From: Candidatus Thermofontivivens primus
Lineage (GTDB): Bacteria > Sysuimicrobiota > Sysuimicrobiia > Sysuimicrobiales > Thermofontiviventaceae
Direction: 5' to 3'
NCBI GenBank assembly: GCA_031458695.1
Contig: JAVKJW010000003.1
Location: forward strand, 1 to 64,000
Length of the DNA: 64,000 nucleotides
The notes under the pieces are model-generated. The model did no database searches. It worked only from the letters and a program-made list of their open reading frames with translations, and had not been told where the DNA came from. Each line of letters starts with the position of its first letter. Positions within the stretch are counted from its first letter, which is position 1. Shown here in pieces: positions 57,736-64,000 of this stretch. The position numbers and the translations under genes were made by a program.

Positions 57736-58614
57736 ATGGTCTTGGGGTTCTTGGCAAGCCAACTCCTGGTTGGACTCAGCCGAGCGATGATCCTCTTCAT
57801 TGTGTCGGCGGGCCTGACGTTCGTTCTGGGCGTCCTGAGGGTGCCAAATGTGTTCCACGGATCTCTCTACATGATCGGGGCGTTCTCAGCGTTCAGTATT
57901 GCAACCCAGCTGGGACACCACCCTGCCAGCGTGTGGGTGGCATTCCTCACCGCACCCCTCGTTGTGGCGCTGATAGGGCTGGCCGTAGAGCGCACGCTGT
58001 TAACACGTCTCTACCAACGTGAGCACCTCATGCTCATCTTGTTCACGTTCGGCGTCACACTCGTCCTTAACGATCTCGTTAAGCTCGCGTGGGGTGCGGA
58101 CTACCGGTCGATTTTGCCGCCACCGGTCCTGCAGGGATCGGCCGTGCTCATGGGGGTTCCTGTCCCACGGTACAATTTGTTCCTGCTGGCCGTGGGACCT
58201 CTCGTAGCCCTGGGGATGTGGCTGTTCACTCATCGAACCCGGATAGGGAAGCTGGCGCGTGCCGCAGCCGTGGATCGTGAGATGGTCGCTCTCCTCGGCA
58301 TAGACGTAAACCACGTATTCGCAGGGGCATTTCTAGTGGGGGCCTACCTTGCGGGGCTAGGTGGGGCGCTAGTTGCTCCTTCTACAAGTATCACCCTGGG
58401 GATGGATCACACCATCCTTATTGAGGCCTTCCTAATCGTGACTACAGGTGGCCTAGGGAACATTTGGGGCGCGCTCCTCGGAGCGCTCCTCTTCGGTCTC
58501 ACTCAGTCCCTTGGAGTTTTGATCTGGCCCCAGTTCGCCATCGTCTTCCCATACCTCGCCACAGCCTCCGTTCTCCTCGTGCGCCCCAGAGGTCTCCTGA
58601 GATCAGTATGGTGA
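57736..58614 (+). CDS. ABC permease (LivH-like)
   Basis: SAGLTFVLGVLRVPNVFHGSLYMIGA, GGLGNIWGA, RPRGL. Confidence 0.92.
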   Translation: MVLGFLASQLLVGLSRAMILFIVSAGLTFVLGVLRVPNVFHGSLYMIGAFSAFSIATQLGHHPASVWVAFLTAPLVVALIGLAVERTLLTRLYQREHLMLILFTFGVTLVLNDLVKLAWGADYRSILPPPVLQGSAVLMGVPVPRYNLFLLAVGPLVALGMWLFTHRTRIGKLARAAAVDREMVALLGIDVNHVFAGAFLVGAYLAGLGGALVAPSTSITLGMDHTILIEAFLIVTTGGLGNIWGALLGALLFGLTQSLGVLIWPQFAIVFPYLATASVLLVRPRGLLRSVW

Positions 58615-59651
58615 AAGTCAGGCGTCCTGCCACAAGTGAGACATTGGCTGGTCGAACTTGGCCTATTGGATTTTTGTTGATCTTGATCCCCGCCCTCCTG
58701 CCAGCTATTCTTCCGATTTTCTATACCTACCTCCTTGCGTTGATTTTTGTGATGGGTCTCTTGGCAATGAGCCTAAACCTCGTCTTGGGGTATGGGGGAA
58801 TCTATCAGTTCCACCACGCTGTATTCTATGGGGTCGGGGCATATGCTGTGGCGCTGAGCATCACCCGAGCCGGTTGGCCTGCGCCGGTGGCCTTCCTCTT
58901 GGCACCACTGGCCTCAGGGCTTACAGGCCTATTCATCGGATGGTTCTGCGTTCGTCTCACGCGGCTCTACTTTGGTATGCTGCAGATTGCGCTGGGATCG
59001 CTCCTCTGGGTGATCGTGCTCCGATGGTATTCCATCACCGGGGGCGATAACGGGATCCATGACATTCCTATCCCATCTTTCCTGCGACAGATCCTCCCTG
59101 CTTATTATTTCATCCTGGCCGTGGTAGTTATCTCCCTGCTCGTCCTCTACCACATCGTCCGTTCCCCCTTCGGAGTCACTCTCCAAGCGATCCGTGACAA
59201 CGCACAGCGTTGCCAGGTGGTGGGGGTGAATGTCCGCCTGCACCAGCTCGTTGCCATCACATTGGCTGCAACCTTTGCTGGCGTCGCGGGAGCTCTCTAT
59301 GTTGTGCTCGAACGTTCTGTGTTCCCCAGTATGCTGTTCTGGGTCCTTTCGCTAGAGGTCCTGGTCATGTGCCTGCTGGGGGGTTGGTATACGTTCTTGG
59401 GGCCGATGGTGGGGGCAGCAATCGTGGTGACGCTCCGGACCACTGCAGGACGCTACACTGAAAACTGGACAATGATCCTGGGCATCCTCCTGATCCTCCT
59501 TGTCTTCTTTATGCCGGAGGGGGTGTTGGGGTTTCTGGGGAAGCTGATAGCGCGCGTGGCGCTACCTCAAGGAAGGCAGCAGGAGTTTAAGAGGGCGGAG
59601 TCCGCTCAGGCAGAGGAGAAGGTGATTCCAGGAAGGTCCTCCCATGAGTGA
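58608..59651 (+). CDS. ABC permease (LivM-like)
   Basis: MSLNLVLGYGG, TGGDNGI, SPFGVTLQAIRDN, PEGVLG. Confidence 0.92.
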   Translation: MVKVRRPATSETLAGRTWPIGFLLILIPALLPAILPIFYTYLLALIFVMGLLAMSLNLVLGYGGIYQFHHAVFYGVGAYAVALSITRAGWPAPVAFLLAPLASGLTGLFIGWFCVRLTRLYFGMLQIALGSLLWVIVLRWYSITGGDNGIHDIPIPSFLRQILPAYYFILAVVVISLLVLYHIVRSPFGVTLQAIRDNAQRCQVVGVNVRLHQLVAITLAATFAGVAGALYVVLERSVFPSMLFWVLSLEVLVMCLLGGWYTFLGPMVGAAIVVTLRTTAGRYTENWTMILGILLILLVFFMPEGVLGFLGKLIARVALPQGRQQEFKRAESAQAEEKVIPGRSSHE

Positions 59652-60393
59652 GATCCTTCGCGTGGAAGAGGTGACGAAGACTTTTGACCGATTTGTGGCG
59701 GTACAGGGGGTGAGCCTATCTGTGGAAGAGGGAACAATTGCCGCCGTCATCGGACCAAACGGTGCGGGGAAGACTACCCTCTTTAACCTCATCACAGGCA
59801 TCCTCCACCCTAACCGTGGACGGATCCTGTTTCAGGGAGAGGAGATCACCTACCTCCCACCCCATGTCATCTGCCAACGGGGGATCGGGCGGACCTTCCA
59901 GATCGCCAACGTGTTCCCGAGGCTGAGTGTTTTCACCAACGTGCAGGTAGCCGTGCTCGCGCACCAGCGAAGGAGCCTGCATTTCACCCATCCAGCTGAG
60001 CGCCTGGCCATTCGTGAGGCCGAGGTCGCCCTAGCTGCTGTGGGCCTGCTGGAGAAAGCAGGACAGGTAGCGGGAACGCTCTCCCATGGAGACCAGCGGC
60101 TTCTAGAGATTGCCATTGCGCTTGGGACAGAGCCGCGGCTCCTTTTACTCGACGAGCCCACAGCAGGCATGTCTCCCGAAGAGACGGTCGCGACGATGAA
60201 GCTGATCCGGCGCCTGGCCCAGGAGCGGGGCCTCACGATCCTCTTCTGTGAGCACGACATGGAAGTGGTTTTCGCTACAGCCTACACCATTATGGTCATG
60301 CATCACGGCCGCATTCTCGCGCAGGGCCCGCCGGAAGTTGTGCGCGCGCACCCTGAGGTGCAGCAGGCCTACCTGGGAGCCTCCGATGCTTGA
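59644..60393 (+). CDS. ABC ATPase (LivG-like)
   Basis: GPNGAGKT, LSHGDQR, LLLDEPTAG, EHDM. Confidence 0.95.
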   Translation: MSEILRVEEVTKTFDRFVAVQGVSLSVEEGTIAAVIGPNGAGKTTLFNLITGILHPNRGRILFQGEEITYLPPHVICQRGIGRTFQIANVFPRLSVFTNVQVAVLAHQRRSLHFTHPAERLAIREAEVALAAVGLLEKAGQVAGTLSHGDQRLLEIAIALGTEPRLLLLDEPTAGMSPEETVATMKLIRRLAQERGLTILFCEHDMEVVFATAYTIMVMHHGRILAQGPPEVVRAHPEVQQAYLGASDA

Positions 60394-61081
60394 GATCCAG
60401 GGCATCCATGCGTTCTATGGTCTCAGCCACGTCCTTTTCGACGTCTCGCTACGCGTGGGGGAAGGTGAGGTGGTCTGTCTTTTAGGCCGTAACGGCGCTG
60501 GCAAGACGACCACGCTCCGGAGCATTATGGGCATCGTACCACCCCGGCAAGGGCATGTATGGTTCCGAGGGGAGGAAATCACACACCTGCCGCCGCATCG
60601 AGTCGTCCAAAAGGGGATCTGGTATGTCCCAGATGATCGCAGGATCTTCCCGGATCTCACGGTGCGGGAGAACCTAGAGATTGCCGAACGCCCCGGCCGC
60701 AGGGGGTTGTGGGATCGTGAGCGCGTGTACGAGCTCTTTCCCGTGCTGAAGTCCAAGGAAAGGCAAAAAGGGGGCACCCTGAGCGGGGGCGAGCAGAAGA
60801 TGCTGGCGATCGCCCGGGCGCTTGTGGGTAACCCGGATCTGCTCCTCCTGGATGAACCCCTGGAAGGGTTGGCCCCCCAGTTAATCCGGGCGATCTTGGA
60901 ACAAATCCAAGAGATGAAGCGATTAGGCCTCACAGTCCTTCTCGCGGAGCAGAATGTCCACGCCGCCTTGCAGGTGGCAGACCGCGTCTATGTAATTGAC
61001 GACGGCCGCATCCGCTTCCACGGGACGGTCGAGGAACTGCGCGCACAAGAGGGAATCAGGCGGAAGTACCTCTTGGTCTAG
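60386..61081 (+). CDS. ABC ATPase (LivF-like)
   Basis: GRNGAGKT, LSGGEQKM, LLLDEP, AEQN. Confidence 0.95.
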   Translation: MLEIQGIHAFYGLSHVLFDVSLRVGEGEVVCLLGRNGAGKTTTLRSIMGIVPPRQGHVWFRGEEITHLPPHRVVQKGIWYVPDDRRIFPDLTVRENLEIAERPGRRGLWDRERVYELFPVLKSKERQKGGTLSGGEQKMLAIARALVGNPDLLLLDEPLEGLAPQLIRAILEQIQEMKRLGLTVLLAEQNVHAALQVADRVYVIDDGRIRFHGTVEELRAQEGIRRKYLLV

Positions 61082-61182
61082 GGAACAGGGGCGGAGCCCA
61101 GTTAGGGCACGATGAACTACCCCCGGCAAAAGTCTTTTGATGGTTGCCGGGGCCCCTCGTGAGGCATTTTAGCCCTTCTGCC

Positions 61183-62541
61183 TCACACTACCTTGCCGGG
61201 ATTCAAGACTCCTGCGGGATCGAACAGGGCCTTCAGCTGACGCATCCATTCCACCGCTGGTCCATGTTCGAGGGGGAGGAACCGTTTCTTCCTGAGACCC
61301 ACCCCGTGCTCCGCCGAGGCCGTTCCTCCGAGGTTCAGCGCTATCTCTACCACCTGCTCTGCGAAGCGCTCTGCCCTGCTGTATTCCCCAGGCGGCACTG
61401 CTACGAGGGTATGGAAGTTCCCGTCCCCTACGTGCCCCACGATAGAACCCTCTAGACTCATCTCCCCGAGGAGATGCTGAGCCTGTGCTACGATCTCTGG
61501 GAGGGAGGAGAGGGGGACAGCAACATCGGTGATCATGAACTGGTGCCCGGCGAAGTGCGAGGTGAGGGCCCAGTAGAGCTTGTGCCGTGCTTCCCACTGC
61601 GTTGCCCGCTCCTGCTCCGTTCGTGCCACGTCCGTCCGGATGGCACCTTCGTCGTGGAAGAGTACCAGCGCTTCCTCCATTTCAGCATTCGCCCCTGCAG
61701 ATGTACTGGCGTGGAACTCCACGAAGAGGACTGGCGCCTCTGGGTAGGAACGTCCAAGGTACCGGTTCACTGCCCGCATGCCCAGCTCGTCAACGAGCTC
61801 CAGCCGCGCGACGGGAAGGCCGCTCGCCATAACCACCGTGGCAGCGCGGACAGTCGCCACGAGGTCCGGGAAGAAGACGCGGAACGTATACACGTGGGCA
61901 GGCAACGGCTGGAGACGGAGGGTGAGGCGGGTGATCACACCCAGAGTGCCCTCGGATCCGATGAACAGGTCTTTCAGGTCATACCCACTGCTGCTCTTCC
62001 GGACCGGACGGCCCACCTCAAGAACTTGGCCATTCGCCAGGACCACCCGGAGGGCGAGGACATTCTGGCGCATCCCTCCATACCGCACAGTCATCGTGCC
62101 AGAGGCGTTGGTTGCAGCCATCCCGCCAAGCGTTGCTTCGGCCCCAGGGTCGATAGGGAAGAAGAGCCCGTGGTTGCGGACCAGATGGTTCAGGCGCACT
62201 TGGGTGAGGCCCGCCTCGGCGACGGCGAGGAAGTCTTCGAGGCGTACATGGAGGAGGCGGTTCATCCGCGAGAGATCCAGGCTGACCGCCGGCCCCTGGG
62301 GGAGCAGCTGTCCCTCCAGGCTCGTCCCAGCGCCAAAGGGGATGACGCCGATACGGTATTCCCCCGCCCACTGTAACACACTCCGGACATCCTCCTCACA
62401 CTCCGCGAAGACGACAGCGAGCGGCGGCTTTGACTCTGGGTAGCTTTCACAATGCCCATGCGTCTCTACATCATACCGGTTCTGCGACACCTTTGGACCA
62501 AGCCACCTGTGGAGCCTAGCAATAGCTTCCTCTAGAGCCAT
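61183..62541 (-). CDS. FAD-linked oxidase (D-lactate dehydrogenase/GlcD family)
   Basis: PFGAGTSLEG, DPGAEATLGGM, GSEGTLG, GHVGDGNFH, AEHGVG, LNPGK. Confidence 0.93.
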   Translation of the reverse strand: MALEEAIARLHRWLGPKVSQNRYDVETHGHCESYPESKPPLAVVFAECEEDVRSVLQWAGEYRIGVIPFGAGTSLEGQLLPQGPAVSLDLSRMNRLLHVRLEDFLAVAEAGLTQVRLNHLVRNHGLFFPIDPGAEATLGGMAATNASGTMTVRYGGMRQNVLALRVVLANGQVLEVGRPVRKSSSGYDLKDLFIGSEGTLGVITRLTLRLQPLPAHVYTFRVFFPDLVATVRAATVVMASGLPVARLELVDELGMRAVNRYLGRSYPEAPVLFVEFHASTSAGANAEMEEALVLFHDEGAIRTDVARTEQERATQWEARHKLYWALTSHFAGHQFMITDVAVPLSSLPEIVAQAQHLLGEMSLEGSIVGHVGDGNFHTLVAVPPGEYSRAERFAEQVVEIALNLGGTASAEHGVGLRKKRFLPLEHGPAVEWMRQLKALFDPAGVLNPGKVV

Positions 62542-62630
62542 AGCTTGGGTGTTTTTCTACGCATGAGAATGGTGTTCCTGCTGGAGGTCTCATCGACGGG
62601 AGCCAGAAGCGCGTTAAGGTTTTCTTTCCA

Positions 62631-62663
62631 CCAAAATAGTCCATTTGTACTAGGAAATTAGGA
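62631..62663. promoter_or_regulatory. Shared operator-like motif upstream of benzoate-CoA ligase
   Basis: CCAAAATAGTCCATTTGTACTAGGAAATTAGGA containing TAGT-N8-ACTA. Confidence 0.65.
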
Positions 62664-62874
62664 TGAGTGGTTGATTGTTCACCCGTAAGGTTCCATGGGA
62701 GAATGGAATCGACCAAACGGTCGGGTGGACGGACGGGCCTAACCTCATTTATCTCCGCTCCATGATCCATCGTTACCAACGAACCTAACCTCGTACTCTT
62801 AAGAAGCTGGGTCCGCAGCAAAATCCTGCTAAAGTCCTCCTAGGACTACTTGGCAATGGAGGAGGGCAAGGACA

Positions 62875-64000
62875 ATGAGCGAGGTTCTTCGCCAGGACGT
62901 TGCGCCAAACGTACATATTCCCGAGGTGTTCAATGTGGCAACCATTATGGTGGATCGCCACCTTGCGGAGGGGCGGGGCGGCAAGGTAGCGATTTACTAT
63001 GAAGATCAGGAAATCACATATGCAGACGTACTTGCGTTCGTAAACCGCACAGGAAATGCCCTTCGCGATCTGGGTGTTCAGATCGAAGACCGGGTTCTCC
63101 TCCTGCTGCTTGACTGCCCGGAGTTCGTCTATAGCTTCTTCGGTGCCATCAAGATTGGTGCTGTTCCCATCCCGACCAACACGCTCCTCAAGCCCGCGGA
63201 CTATGAATACATGCTGAACGATTCGCGGGCGGTCGTGGCCATCGTGAGCGAGGCGCTGCTGCCGCAGATCCAGGCCATCCCCCGTGAACGCCTCCGCTAC
63301 CTCCGCCATCTTCTTGTCGTAGGCAACGCCCCTTCCGGTACGCTTTCGTTTACGGACTTGTTGGAACGGGCTTCACCCGAGCTGGAACCCGAGCCCACTC
63401 ACAAGGACGATGCAGCGTTCTGGCTGTACTCGTCTGGGACCACGGGATTCCCAAAGGGGTGCGTCCACCTGCATCATGATATGGTATACTGCGCTGAGTA
63501 CTACGCGAAGGGGATTCTGGGCATCCACGAGTATGACCGGACGTACTCGGTGGCGAAGCTGTTCTTTGCGTACGGGCTTGGAAACGCGCTCTACTTCCCC
63601 TTTTATGTCGGCGCGTCTACCATCCTTTTCCCAGGACCCCCGACGCCTGCGAACGTGTACTGGGTGATCGAGCGCTACCGGCCGACCCTGTTCTTCTCGG
63701 TCCCAACGAACTATGCCATGCTCCTTGCCCAGGAGGGGAATTATGACCTCAGCTCCATCCGCTTAGCTGTCTCGGCCGGGGAGGCACTCCCGCCAGCGAT
63801 CTATCAACGGTTCCTGGAACGCTTTGGGATCCGAATCCTAGATGGCATCGGCTCTACTGAGGTATTGCACATTTTCATCTCCAACAGGCCCGATGATGTG
63901 CGCCCGGGGTCCAGCGGCAAAGTTGTCCCTGGGTACGAGGTGAAGATCGTGGACGAGGAAGGACGGCCTGTTCCCGTAGGTGAGATTGGGGATCTCTGGG
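62875..64000 (+). CDS. Benzoate-CoA ligase family protein (runs off the window)
   Basis: Manual translation MSEVLRQD..FFGAIKIGAVPIPTNTLL..AFWLYSSGTTGFPKGCVH..SVAKLFFAYGLGN..SAGEALP..DGIGSTEVLHIFISN. Confidence 0.92.
   Translation, partial: MSEVLRQDVAPNVHIPEVFNVATIMVDRHLAEGRGGKVAIYYEDQEITYADVLAFVNRTGNALRDLGVQIEDRVLLLLLDCPEFVYSFFGAIKIGAVPIPTNTLLKPADYEYMLNDSRAVVAIVSEALLPQIQAIPRERLRYLRHLLVVGNAPSGTLSFTDLLERASPELEPEPTHKDDAAFWLYSSGTTGFPKGCVHLHHDMVYCAEYYAKGILGIHEYDRTYSVAKLFFAYGLGNALYFPFYVGASTILFPGPPTPANVYWVIERYRPTLFFSVPTNYAMLLAQEGNYDLSSIRLAVSAGEALPPAIYQRFLERFGIRILDGIGSTEVLHIFISNRPDDVRPGSSGKVVPGYEVKIVDEEGRPVPVGEIGDLW

Overview
GC-rich bacterial chromosome segment; the lineage cannot be assigned from sequence alone. 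(1) 1-3395: right end of a genomic island integrated at tRNA-Pro(TGG), with a tyrosine integrase, excisionase, a second integrase remnant, PadR and the start of a SNF2 helicase. (2) 3.6-12 kb: core-like genes (DUF885, Ku plus ligase-only LigD, rdgB, rph, MBL hydrolase, amidase). (3) 12.2-35.6 kb: an anaerobic respiration supercluster. A Tat-exported Arr/Arx-like molybdoenzyme operon (A-B-NrfD-small membrane protein-TorD-polyferredoxin) with an unusual 3-Cys FS0 motif lies divergent from an AioX/ArrX-like binding protein, HisKA_3 kinase and LuxR regulator, and runs on the same strand into narX-narL-narC-like-narGHJI-narK-cupredoxin. (4) 35.7-39.6 kb: the 5' half of a tRNA-Ala(CGC) broken at the anticodon loop, a dead IS630, an IS256 remnant, an orphan ORF and a Cas4/AddB-like nuclease. 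(5) 39.6-64 kb: an anaerobic benzoyl-CoA pathway cluster (CoA transferase, hcrCAB, oah-dch-had, class I benzoyl-CoA reductase, ABC importer, benzoate-CoA ligase) with four atypical regulators. A small palindromic repeat family (ACCCCA..TGGGGACC) occurs five times in intergenic DNA. The best candidate for an undescribed system is the XSR-regulated molybdoenzyme physically coupled to a divergent Nar. All functional calls rest on motif recognition by eye; no searches were run.
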